NCBI GenBank assembly: GCA_013239625.1
Contig: MU053810.1
Span: 4,744,071-4,808,070, forward strand
DNA from: Lama guanicoe
Lineage: Eukaryota
Direction: 5' to 3'
DNA length: 64,000 bases
Program-made: the position numbers and the translations under genes
Notes under the pieces: model-generated
Databases searched by the model: none
What the model was told of the DNA's origin: nothing
The model's input: the letters and a program-made list of their open reading frames with translations, nothing else
Shown: positions 26,769 through 38,530 of the stretch, in pieces
How the letters are laid out: each line of letters starts with the position of its first letter
Position numbering within the stretch: the first letter of the stretch is position 1

Positions 26769-29631
26769 GTAAGTGGCTTTAATTCTTTGAGGATGAAAGA
26801 ATCTTGTAAGAATCATTTTCAGTTTTGTCCGGTGACTTCATTGTATGGTCTGATTGAGTGGTATGTTTACAAATTCTAGACTTGGAAGGGTGGGGTTTGA
26901 AATCCCATAAACTGTACATGATATCCCTTTCCGCAAAGAGATATATGTGTATATATACACATTTTTTTAATGTGCCACAAAGAGACATGATTACATGAGA
27001 AGTTTCCCAAATGATTTGAACTCAACATTTTTCATGCTAGATGTTTTTCCAGAAGTAATTTTTAGTTTTTTCTCCCCCTTCTATCTGACATTTGAGAAAC
27101 TTGTAAATGAGTAATATTTGATTTAACTTACCGTGCTTGGGGGGAAACCAAATATAGGTATGTTTGGATTCCTCACTTAAACTTCAGGTGATTAATTTGA
27201 AACCGCCCCAGATTTTTTCTGGTCTTTAGGAAGTACAAGCCAAACAGCGTATTGAGCTGTGTGTTCTGAGCAGGGGACAGCAGCCTCTCAGCTGAGGCCA
27301 GGGTGCAAAGGCTCTGGAAGAAACCATGCTCTTTACCAGAACCGGAAGGACTGAACCGAGACCCAGCCGTGCTTTGGGGAGGAATGGAAAGAGGGAGACA
27401 TGATGCCCAACAAAGCAGATGGAGGCTGGAGAACAGCCTCGTCATGCATTGCCAGCACACCTAGTGCAGATAAATGAACTTGCTCTCTGGGCCAAGGTGC
27501 TGGCAAATGAATACCCATGTTGTGCTCTGAGAAGGTGTTAAAAGGACCTTTGTTTTTATGTTTTGCTCATCTCTTACTGTAAAATGAAATTCCTTAAAGC
27601 TCACAAAGATATTAGGGTTGAAATCTGGGGCGTAAGTGTCAAAGATGTAACATACTCAGATCATTTTCACTTTCTCAGAGAGATGAGATGATAGAGAAAA
27701 TCAGTGGCATTAGAGAGACTGGTGGGAGAGTAAAGGATTCAGATATACTGAGGTGAATAGCAACTGTGTGCATTTGTGTGTATGTACGTGTTTTACTTAC
27801 TTCAGTTCACATTTAATGTAATTTTCTCCTAAAAGCTCTGACTTTGAGTACTAGTATCGGAAAATCCTAGTGTGTATCTAATGCCATTTCTTTCCTCATT
27901 AACCAAAACACAGTTAAACAAAACAAAACCAGACTACGTAGGTGCCTGGTTCTAGGAAGATAGCTGCATGGAAAGAACACTAATATCAAGGGCTGGGGCT
28001 TTTTTAAAACTATGAATTATAGAATCTTAATCATCATCCTGGTTCAGTCAAACAATGAGAATCTCCTGCAGTATACAAAGTCCACTTTTTATTGGAATAG
28101 CAAAGACTTGAAAAGATTCTTTTTATCACGCCATACCTTCCACCACATCCTAAGAGCGTGTTGCCTTTGGTTGATCTGTATCCTTTAGTGTATGAACCCA
28201 AGTCCTCTAACTTGAAGGGTTTATTCAAGTTGTAGGTTTAAAACTTTTCCCCACTCTGTCGTGGGAAGATCATAGCATTCTCTTCTTGGGCTCTCTGCAG
28301 AGACAAGGATGAAATTATCAAGGTTCATGTTGGAGAGTCAATCACGGGTTGGCAAGGCAACATAAGAATTTTGCCAAAGGCTTCCAGCCTCTTCGTCACC
28401 CATATCGAGAGAGACATTCAACCTTCGATTACCTGTTCTATCATAGTTGTGTGCTTGTATTCACCTCCACTGTGGGTAACTCAGCTGGACAGTGATTCAG
28501 TAACGCTATTGGATGCTGGCAAGATCATTTTGAAGTGGACAAGGCAGGTCTGACACACAGCATTATCATCAGGTACATGGTGCTGATTGCTCATGGCTAC
28601 AATCCATCCTCATTGGCTGAGGTCTCATTCTGGCTGAGTGGTACCTATGCCATGCTGGCTACTGGATGTTCAATATTTTGACTATCACTCGCATCCCCCA
28701 CACAAATGCACAGCATGTCTCAATTATTGTTCATTCATTGTTACATTTCCTTCTGAATTCATCTGCACATGACACTCAGAAAGTCTGGTAAGATTTTTAT
28801 TCTAGTGAGTTTTTTGGTGTGTGTTTCATTTTTAACTTTATGTAACTTAATTTCATCTAGTTATATAATGTACCTCCTAACCATTTCTTTTCACATCACC
28901 AAACATGTTTTCAAAACACCTATACAGGCCCCTCCGATGCTCTAAAAGAAATTTCCTTGACTTTCCATTAATTAAAATTAACTTTACATTTTTCTTTCAT
29001 GAATACTTGTTATTCTTCTGGACAGTTCTGTACGCCCAGGAATATTGATATTTCTTTATACTCTCTTGCCAGAAGAGTTGGGGGGACGGTGGTTCTCTGT
29101 GTGTTCATTAGGGTCAGGAGCCCTCAAATCAAGATATGATGTGAAGCCAGATATGGAGGGAAAAGAGAACAAGGAATCGTGACTAATCCTGCTGGGATTA
29201 CTGTTCATTAAATGGATTACAGGCATTTCAAACCCTATTCTTTTTGTTTTCTTAGAATTAATAGCAGTAATAATAATAGTACTTACCGTTTGTTGCACCT
29301 GATTGGCCTTGAGTACCATGGGATACTATATGCAGCGGCTTGTTTGGATTGATCTTTACGTTTGTTTGGGTTCATTTTGGCATCATGTGGTCCGATTAGG
29401 TGGGGAATTTGGTCAAGTATGCGTTGCTGGCTGAGCCCATCCGTCTTGTATTTCACCACCTGTGAAGCCCTGCATTGCTAACACTAAGCCAGACCTTTCT
29501 TTTCATTGAGCCCTACATGGAGGAAGACAGGGTGGGTGGGAGAGGTATTCATAGAGGATCTGTGTTGATCTACTGCAGAAACCCTGGCTATGTGGTTGCT
29601 CCAGCCATTCTGGAATGAGAAATCGGGTATA

Positions 29632-29720
29632 GGGAGGGCGGGTATAGCTCAAGTGGCAGAGCGCATGCTTAGCATGTACCTCCTCTAAAAGTAAATAAAC
29701 CTAATTATCTCAAAAAAAGA
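29632..29720 (+). mobile_element. Internally deleted tRNA-Ala-derived SINE lacking the B box
   Basis: gggtatagctcaagtggcagagcgcatgcttagcatg joined directly to tacctcc; tail aataaacctaatta; imperfect flanking repeat aatcgggtatagg / aatgggtatagg. Confidence 0.8.
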
Positions 29721-30892
29721 TTGCCTGACAATGGGTATAGGCCTTGGGCATGCCCTCCTGGTCTAAGGCCCTGAGCCATGAGGGCTGCGTGGGCTGGAGC
29801 ATCTGGGCTGGGCCAGTGTGGAGTGGACACACCTGTAGTGCTTGTCGACCTTGACCTCAGCCTAGGTGTGACTCCCCAAGGGCTAGGAAGTGGGGAAGAG
29901 GTCCCAGGGGTGAGGACAGCTTGAGGATATCCCAAGTCTGGTTCACAGGGGGAAGACAAACTAGCCTATTGTGGGGGGAGTGTGTGCATGTGCTGGGGAG
30001 GTGGGGCTAGTGGAGATAGAACTGTAATTTCGAGTGAGGAGCCTGCATACTCGGGGAGCCCCTGAGGGGACTGAGGAGCCAATTTGATAGTGCTCGGGTA
30101 ATGTACCCCTCAAAGGGCCCCTTTTTTGGCTCCATATTTGCCTTTAGCTTGCGTTTTTTGTTGACCATTTCTATGCTAAAACCCGCTACAGTATATAAAG
30201 GCCCCGGGTCAGAGATTCTGCACTGCTGGATCCTTCTAGAGACAGGATGAGGGAGCCATGAGAGTCCGGCCGGCTCATTCCTGCATTCTCATTACAAGAT
30301 GTGCACAAGAATGTGTCCCTGCAGGGCCGGAAGTTCCCCTCAAGGGCAGGAGCTTCTGGGGCTTGTTTAGAACTTAGTCCTAGAATCATGCTTGGTTCTC
30401 AGCAAGTGTTTGATAAATCATGTTCACCACATGAATGAATGTGTAAGATAAGCAATCAGCATGCATTCAGGGCATTGGGCCCTGCTTCCTTTACAACCAT
30501 CATCTGTTACGTCTTTTTCTTCTCTCTTCCCCATCACCCACACTGTGAGTCTCTCAGGAGCCCATTTCCTCTCCCCTGTGCCCCTGCCTCACCCACCCCC
30601 CAACCATTTATGCCCTCCTTATCCATCTGTCACATCTTCCAGAAGCCCGTGTGGGAAGGTGACAGCACAATTAGAACTTGAAGATGGGCTTGGGAGGTCC
30701 CACTGGCTGCCCATCCCCTTCCTTGTAGCTGTTTGGAGAATCTCAGTAAGCAAGACCCTTTTGGGCTTTGATCAAAACAAAAAAAGTATCAGAAATTCAC
30801 ATCCTGAGTTGATTTGTATTTTTTAATTCTGCCCCTTGGTAAATACAATAGTGCGGTTGCAAATTACTTTCCTGTTTTCCCATTAACTTGCT

Positions 30893-31270
30893 TCTTTTTT
30901 CAATTGAGATCTAATTGACATATAACATTGTATTAGTTTCAGATGTATAACCTAATGGTTCAATATATGCGTATGTTGCAAAATAATCACCACAGTTAGT
31001 CTAGCTGACATCCATCACCACATACAGTTACAATTTTTCTTCTTGTCATGAGAACTTTTAAAATCTGCTCTCATCAACTTTCAAATATACATTATTAGTA
31101 ACTATAGTCACCATGCTGTACGTGACATCCCAGGACTGATGTATTTTATAACTGCAAGTTTGTATCTTTTGACCACCTTAACCCATTTCACCCCCCTGTC
31201 CCCACCCGCCCCGGGCTTCACCTCCTGCAGCTGGCAACCACCCATCTGTTTCCTGTATCTATGACTCTTG
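30893..31270 (-). mobile_element. LINE-1 3' end (L1MA/MB-like)
   Basis: attgacatataacattgtattagtttcag...atgagaacttttaaaatctgctctc...actatagtcaccatgctgtac. Confidence 0.85.
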
Positions 31271-31892
31271 GGTCAATTCTTAAGTCATTGTTTCTTCTAA
31301 AGGAGAGCTGATGGGAGACCTTGGGTGGGAGGGTCCCCACTCTCCTGAACTGGGGGTCAGGACACAGCCCAGAAGTCACTGCTGCCTGGGCAAGAAGTAC
31401 GGGGCTCACGATGGCCTGTCCCCACACACTCCTCATCGTCACATGGCAGCCCCAGAGGGCAGGATTCTTCCCTCTTCTCTTCCTTAGGGTCCCCACTGTG
31501 AGTTTGCCACCAATTGCACTGTTACCTACTGAATCATTACTTCCTCCTGGCCTCTTGGGTGGAGCTGATTTCTCACAGGCTCAAGTAGAGAGTTGGCAGA
31601 TCAGTGGAACTTCCCTCCCAGTCTTTCCCACTTGTATCCTTTCCTCCTGTGGCCATGCCACTACATTGTATCAGTTTGGAAAAACAGGTAAGGTGTTTAC
31701 TGTCTATTTTCCAGGGCTAACACCAGGAAAATGTGCTTGAGATGAGCTTTAGAAAGCCTAATTTTAGCATTTTTGATACATTTAAGACTCACATAGTTTC
31801 TTCTTGTCTCTAAGAAGCTGTGACCTCAGTATCTAAACCCCTGCAGTCTCTTTTCCTCACAATCCCCAGTGTTCAGCCCTCTATCAGGGGCT

Positions 31893-32388
31893 GACATTCA
31901 TTTCTGTGGTTGCTGTGACAAATCACCACAAACACAGTGGCTTAAGACACCACAAATTTGTTATATTCCAGTTGTGGAGATCAGAAGTCCAGAATGGGTC
32001 TCACCGGCCAGTATCAAGGTGTTGGCAGCGCTGCCCGCCCGCTGGAGGCTCTGGGGAGAATGCCTTTCCTTGCCTTTTCCAGCTTCTGGGGCTGCTGTGT
32101 TCCTTGGTTCCTGGCTCTCTCCTCCTTCAGAGTCAGCAGCGTAGCATCTTCCCGTGTCTCTGATTCTGCATCTGTCATCACATCTCCCGTGATGCTGGCC
32201 CTTCTGCCTCTTTCACATATAAGGATCCTCATGACAACATTGGGCCCACCTGGATAATCCAGGATAATCTACCCATCTCAACATCCGTAATAAAGGACAC
32301 CTGCAAAGTCCCATTTGCTCTGTAAGGGAACATGGGTCCAGGGATTAGGGTGTGGACGTCTTACAGAGGCCACTATTCATCCTACTTC
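31893..32388 (-). mobile_element. MaLR solo LTR (MLT1B/C/D-like), about 80 bp upstream of the large coding exon
   Basis: ttgctgtgacaaatcaccacaaacacagtggcttaa...tcagaagtcc...ttgggcccacctggataatccaggataatct. Confidence 0.85.
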
Positions 32389-32466
32389 ATCAGAGAAGCC
32401 CCACCAAGATGTCTCTAAAAACATGAATATCGAAGCAGATTTTCTAATTTCTCTTTTCATTTTCAG

Positions 32467-33299
32467 ATGCAGAGAGAAATTGTTTATGCCAGAGGAGATG
32501 GGCCGGGTGCCTCTCGACCTGGACCCACAGCCCATCCGCCCCACGCCATTCCAAATTCTCCGCCGTCCACTCCTGTGCCCCATTCCATGCCACCCTCCCC
32601 ATCCAGAATTCCTTACGGAGGCACCCGCCCCATGGTTGTTCCTGGTAACGCCACCATCCCCAGGGACAGACTCTCCAGCCTGCCTGTCTCCAGATCCATC
32701 TCCCCCAGCCCTAGCGCCATCCTGGAAAGGAGAGACGTAAAGCCGGATGAAGACTTGAGTGGCAAGAACATGGCCATGTACCGAAACGAGGGATTCTATG
32801 CTGATCCCTACCTTTATCACGAGGGACGGATGAGCATAGCCTCTTCGCACGGCGGGCACCCGCTGGATGTCCCCGACCACATCATTGCGTATCACCGCAC
32901 AGCCATTCGGTCCGCAAGTGCTTACTGCAACCCCTCTTTGCAAGCGGAAATGCACATGGAGCAGTCACTGTACAGGCAGAAATCAAGGAAATATCCAGAG
33001 AGCCACTTGCCTACTCTGGGCGCCAAAACGCCCCCGGCTTCTCCCCACCGAGTCAGTGACCTGAGGATGGTGGATCTGCAGGCTCACCATAACGCCCTGG
33101 GGCCACCCCACACCATGCAGCCTGACCGGGTTTCGCCCAGCCGCCAGGCCTTCAAAAAGGAGCCAGGCGCCTTGGTGTACATTGAAAAGCCCCGGGCCAC
33201 TCCAGGATTATCGGGGATGGTGGACCTCGGCCCTCCTCTCGTTGAGAAGCAAGTGTTTGCTTACAGCACGGCTACGATACCCAAAGACAGAGACACCAG
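32467..33299 (+). CDS. KIAA1217: KIAA1217 large Pro/Ser-rich coding exon (about exon 6), MQREIVYARGDGPG...TATIPKDRDT(R)
   Basis: Acceptor cttttcattttcag|ATG, donor ACCAG|gtaagg; 833 nt, phase 0 to 2; contains SPSPSAILERRDVKPDED and EGFYADPY, typical of the SKT/p140Cap family. Confidence 0.97.
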
Positions 33300-33898
33300 G
33301 TAAGGCAGTGATGGGGGAGCCGAGGGTGGTCCACACCTACATGTGGGTTGTTGAGTTCTGATCTACGGGAGTCACACCAAGAGAATAGCATCAGCTGAGC
33401 ACCAGTCTGGAGCAGTGTGCCCTGTAGGCACTGAGGGGGTGGACACAATGGGATCAGAGGCCCTTCTAAATCTGGTGGCCAAGTCGGGCTGGCCAGTCAC
33501 CAGGTTAAAGGGAGGCAGGCACCCCAGCAAGAATGTGGGTCTACCAGCAGCATCATCAGTGTGACTCTGCAGAATCCGGAGGAAAATTACGATTTTTCAG
33601 AAACCATTCAGACAAATCAGTCAAGCGCTGATAGTAATGGATCTCCCACTGAAAGTAAGGAGCTAGTGGTTCAAAGGTTAACTGTTTGAAATGGCTATTC
33701 GTGTTCTTCCTTGTAGAATGCCCTTTTGTTTTCTCATCTGCTTTGGGGAAATGGAAAGAAGGTGTCATTGTCTGTCATCCAGGGTGATAAAATGTGAATT
33801 GGCATAAAAATAGAATGGTGTGGATGTAATACTCATTCGGGAGTGGTACTGAGATCAGCAAAATTATTCTAGTGAATGAGATACTCTGGGTATCTAAA

Positions 33899-34029
33899 TT
33901 TTTTTTTAATTTTTTGGGGGTAATTAGGTTTATTTATTTATTATTTTTTTAATGGAGGTACTGGGGATTGAACCCAGGACCTTTTGCATGCTAACCACAC
34001 ACTCTAACATTCATCTATATCCTGCCCCT
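33899..34029 (-). mobile_element. tRNA-Ala-derived SINE (Vic-1-like), antisense
   Basis: gggggtaattaggtttattt...tggaggtactggggattgaacccaggacc; flanking ctaaattt repeats. Confidence 0.88.
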
Positions 34030-34132
34030 AAATTTCTTTTTTAATATACATGTTTTTATAATTTACCAGCTCTGAACCTGCCTACTACATCTTGAAAACC
34101 CTCCAAAGTTCATATAGTAATAGAAAAGCTAA

Positions 34133-34257
34133 TTTTTTTTTTGTTGAAGTGTAGTTGATTTACAATGTTGTGTTAGTTTCTCATGTACAGCAGAGTGATT
34201 CGGTCACATACACATACACATTCTTTTTCCTATTCTTTTTCATTGTAGGTTATTACA
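34133..34257 (-). mobile_element. LINE-1 3' tip
   Basis: T tract plus gaagtgtagttgatttacaatgttgtgttagtttc; TSD-like gaaaagctaatttt / gaaaaactaatttt. Confidence 0.82.
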
Positions 34258-35924
34258 GGGAAAAACTAATTTTGGCAGAGGGAATTTCCCTGGCCTGAAT
34301 TGGTTGAAGAAAGCCAACATAATAATTATAATCACAAAAATCTAGTCAAAGAAATGAGTCGAAAAGAGGTGTGAAGCATTTGGCCTGTTGTCCTAGAGGG
34401 ACTCAGAAGGGGCATGAAAAACACAAATCAGATATTCAGCCACTCAGTACTTTATTGGAACCACTGCTCCCTCTTCCTCACCAAAAATGATAATATCACT
34501 TACTATTACATAGCGTCACGAGAAGGAAGGCCGAAATTGTGACTGGAATGTGAGTTGTGTATCTTACCATCTTCCTTATCACACAAATCAAAAAGCTCTG
34601 TCCTCATTGGCAGAACATTATCATGAAGGGGCCACAGTCACAGAAGAAAGATTCCAGGAAGGTGGAAGGCAAAGAAATGTGGAAGTTTAGGGACCATTAA
34701 TGCACCAACAAATTGTAACCCTCTCACACAGCTGAAAAACAAACAAACCAGCCAGCAACAGTGACTGGCTGGATTATGCAGGACTTAAAAAATTAACAAT
34801 CAGAAAACGGTGTTCATTCTCTCCTTTCTGAAGTCCCTAGGAAGTGAAATTCTAAGAATCAAAGAAAGAGATGCTTCTTGTGACCATAGAAAGCTGAGGG
34901 TGTGGAATGAATACTGAGGCTCATTGGAGCAGACAGAGGAACTCTCCCAAGATGTGCCTTAAGGGGAGGAAGCCTGCACCCTGTGCTTCTAAGAAAGGGT
35001 GCGGCTTCCGCTGCGGTGGGCTGTGCAGGGCTGGTTGGGACATGCCTGTCACTGATAGGGTGGGACTTCGAGTCATAAGAATTTAGTCCAGGGAACAATA
35101 AAAACTCTCCATCTCCAGGGCCAGAATCCATCCTCCCTGCCATCCCTGCCCACCCCCATGCCTACCCACCTTGTGGGTAGAAGTAGATTGTGAGCTTGAT
35201 TCCACCTTGTAGCACATTAAGCCATTCGCACCTTGTTGGCCAATGATGGCACATTTTGGCCAATGATGGTGTCTGGCTTCTCCCTTAGCACCTAGTTCAT
35301 TGTCATGTGAGCTTGATGTGTGTTCCCACGTGTCTGTAACTGAACATCATTGAACACAGTTCCCAGGGTAGGGTTATGGGCGGGACCAAAACGAAGGACC
35401 CTTTGCTGACGTGTGGTCACCTCTGTACTGCTCTCAGGTCAGAGTCTTGAAGAATTTTAGCCTGAAGCAGCATCAGTATTTTTTCAAAGCCTCTGCTTCC
35501 TTGGAGTTTTCTGTTCTACTGAGGCTCAGAAAAAGCTGTGGATTTCTGTCTTACATGTTAGAAACTCCTTTTAGAAAATCCAAATTATCTTATTTCTAGA
35601 ATAACGAGTATTTGAAAATTGACTGAAAAGATTAATGCTCACCTAAAATATACTGTCATGATCACTACCATATTCTGACGTATGGTTGTAATTTGGTTAC
35701 TTGTTTGGTTGTCATTTGGAATATAATTTTACATTTTTTATTTTTTTTCATTCCTGTAAATGTGAAATAGCAGAGGTTGAATTTTATCTCACATCTTGCA
35801 GAGGTGTTTCCTCACCTGTTCATCAGCTTATCTCCAGAGGATGGAGTTGGTGGAACTGGGGTGTGTGTGTATACACGGGTAGGCTAGCTTCCCTTCTCCA
35901 GCAGCCCTAGACAGACAGACAGAT

Positions 35925-35927
<3 letters not shown>

Positions 35928-35960
<33 letters not shown>
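35928..35960. repeat. (AC)n microsatellite
   Basis: Read directly from the sequence; preceded by (AGAC)n. Confidence 0.95.
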
Positions 35961-35962
<2 letters not shown>

Positions 35963-36054
35963 CTCTACATTTATAGTTTCTGTTACTGAAACATCTAAAC
36001 ATCCCCACTAATTCAACCCAGGCACATCTCAAAAGTATATAAAGAATGATTCTT

Positions 36055-36843
36055 CCCATTCCTGGGCATATATTCAGGGAAAACTATAATTTGAAAAGGC
36101 ACATGCACCCCAGTGTTCACAGCAGCACTGCTTACAATAGCCAAGACACGGAAACAACCTAAATGTCCATGATAGATGATTGGATAAAGAAGTTGTATAT
36201 ATTTACAGGGGAATACTACTCAGCCATAAAAAAGAATGAAATAGTGCCATTGGCAGCAACATGGATGGTCCTAGAGAGTATCACAGTAAGTGAAGTAAAA
36301 GTCAGGAAGAGAAAGACAAATATCGTATGATATCACTTATATGTGGAATCTAAAAATGTGACACAAATGACCTTATTTATTAAACAGACATAGACTCACA
36401 GACATAGAAAACAAACTTCTAATTACTAAAGGGGAAAGGAGGAGGGGGAGGGATAAATTAGGATTTGGGGATTAGCAGATACAAACTACTATATATAAAA
36501 CAGATAAACAACAAGGTCCTAATGTATAGCCCTGGGAACTATATTCAGGGAACTATATAAATATCTTGTAATAGTGTATAATGAAATAGAAAATATATGT
36601 ATGGGGGAGAGGGTATAGCTCAGTGGTAGAGTACATGCTTAGCATGCACAAGGTCCTGGGTTCAATCCCCAGTACCTCCACTGAAATAAGTAAGTAAATA
36701 AACCTAATTACCCTCCAAAACAAAAATTAAGTAAATAAAATATTTTTTAAAAAAGAATGTATATGTATGCATAACTGAATCACTATGCTGTACACCAGAA
36801 AGTAACACGACATGGTAAATGAAATATACTTCAATTTAATAAA
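36055..36843 (+). mobile_element. 5'-truncated LINE-1 with perfect 14-bp TSD, interrupted by a SINE
   Basis: ORF2 end and 3' UTR; TSD aaagaatgattctt at 36041-36054 and 36844-36857. Confidence 0.95.
36604..36756 (+). mobile_element. tRNA-Ala-derived SINE (Vic-1-like) nested in the L1 3' UTR
   Basis: Intact A box (tagctcagtgg) and B box (ggttcaatccc); duplicated tatatgtatg at 36594-36603 and 36760-36769. Confidence 0.92.
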
Positions 36844-37074
36844 AAAGAATGATTCTTTAGTAAAAGGAACTTAAGTCTGGACATTTTGCTCTCTGCACTC
36901 CCACCCACCACCGCATTGTTACCTGGACAGGTCAGAATGTGGAACAAAGTAAGAAATGCCCCACTCGCCATCTTCCACTGCAATTCTGCACTCTTTTAGA
37001 CAGCTTGATGACTAGGCTGAAATGTGGCACTGCTGAGTAATACTGGGTAATATTATAAGAAGAAGAATGACACT

Positions 37075-37262
37075 GTCGTTTATTGAGAGTTGTTTATGGG
37101 CCAAACACAACACAAAGCAGTTTCTATACATCATATGCTGTAACCATCACGACAACCCAGTGAATCCATACTGTCATCATCCCTATTTTACAGATGCAGA
37201 AACTGAGCTCAGAGAGGTTAAGTAACTCGTCCAAGGTCACAAAGCCAGTAAGTGAGATAGAA
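37075..37262. mobile_element. MIR SINE
   Basis: catccctattttacagatgcagaaactgagctcagagaggttaagtaactcgtccaaggtcaca is the MIR core. Confidence 0.85.
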
Positions 37263-38396
37263 TGTCCAGGTGCTTTAAGGAATCCATACCCTTTCCCATA
37301 CCGTGCAGTGTTCTTCCTGGTGAGTGAGAACTATTAGCCCCGCCTTCACCCAGCAGAGAAGTGAATTCAGGAGTGAATTCTAAGCATTTCAGCCAGGACT
37401 AGACGCTAAGTAGCTGCTCCGAAAAGATATTTACAATCATAAACATGGTCGAATTTGCATAATTATGCTGCTAAATATATACATGTCATTTAAAATGTAA
37501 CTGCCCTCGCTAATATATTAGCACAATTATGCAGAAATAGGGGAAGAAAGAAGAGAACATTCTTGGTAGATTTTATTTTGAAAAGAAAATGAATGTGAGC
37601 ACCATGTCAAAGAAAATTTTTAAAAACAAGAACGCCAGAAACAATTACTATAGCACAAAATTATAGTCCATTGTTACACCTATGCTGTGGTGTTATTTTA
37701 GATATATGTAATCTGTACAAGTATTTTTAGAAGTCTTCAACTCCTAAAAGTCTAACTTCAGGAATACAGGGCCAAAAATAAACTTCAGGAATAAAGGGCC
37801 AAACCAATTTCTGTTGCAGTTTCATTATATTAAAAAGCAAATAAATCTGTGAGTGCTTTTTTTGCATGTAAAACTCTCAAGTGAAATTTTACATCTAAGA
37901 TGTGAAGCAACAAAAACACAGGAGGGTGACTGAGAAATCTATAGACATGATTCCTTTCTGGGGATTGCTGGATTCACATAGTCTTCAGAAAACCACTTCT
38001 ATGAAGTAGCCCAATAACTGTGGGATGTTCGAAATCAGAAATTTTTTCTTTCTTATCTGTACTCAGGAAACTTCCAAAGGCAGCTCTTTTTTTTTTTTTT
38101 GAACATGAGTTTATATAACAGTTCTATTGACTTGAAAATGAGCTAAAGACAAAGTAATTTCATCTTGATTCTTGAACTTAGTTCGTATGTGCCTTGATTT
38201 AATTAATTTGGCGTCTCCTTTCTTATGAAGATACTTCCAGAAAGCATCTAGTGATGACAGGTTACATATAGGAGACCTGGAAAAGCTAGTGTAGAACATA
38301 TATGATGGTGGCATTCTCCTCCTAAGGTGGCCAAGGACTTTGGGGTAGAAGAGCAGGTTACAACTGCTCTGACCTTCAGCACAGTACAGGATGGTA

Positions 38397-38530
38397 CAGT
38401 TATTCCCTTGGTATCCATAGGTGATTGATTCCAGGAGCCCCCGTGGGTACTCAAACCCAAGGATGCTCAAGTCGATCTGCAGTTGGTTCAATCTGGGGAA
38501 GCAAAACCCTCAGATACGGAGGGCCGACTG
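38397..38530. mobile_element. Internally deleted MER2-like (TcMar-Tigger) element
   Basis: TA|cagttattcccttggtatcc ... gatacggagggccgactg|TA: imperfect TIRs with TA duplication; internal ggatgctcaagtc. Confidence 0.75.

Noticed and set aside
28340..28690. Possible ancient hAT-type DNA transposon remnant
   Set aside because: Only a weak resemblance at one end; family and boundaries cannot be supported by eye.
32377..32955. 192-aa minus-strand ORF
   Set aside because: Antisense shadow of the KIAA1217 coding exon; no recognisable protein features or splice support.
36604..36680. tRNA-Ala(AGC)-like sequence (also at 10976, 24951, 25086, 33950, 40400)
   Set aside because: These are SINE heads: stem mismatches, shared SINE tail, target duplications, and one is nested in an L1. 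Not functional tRNA genes.
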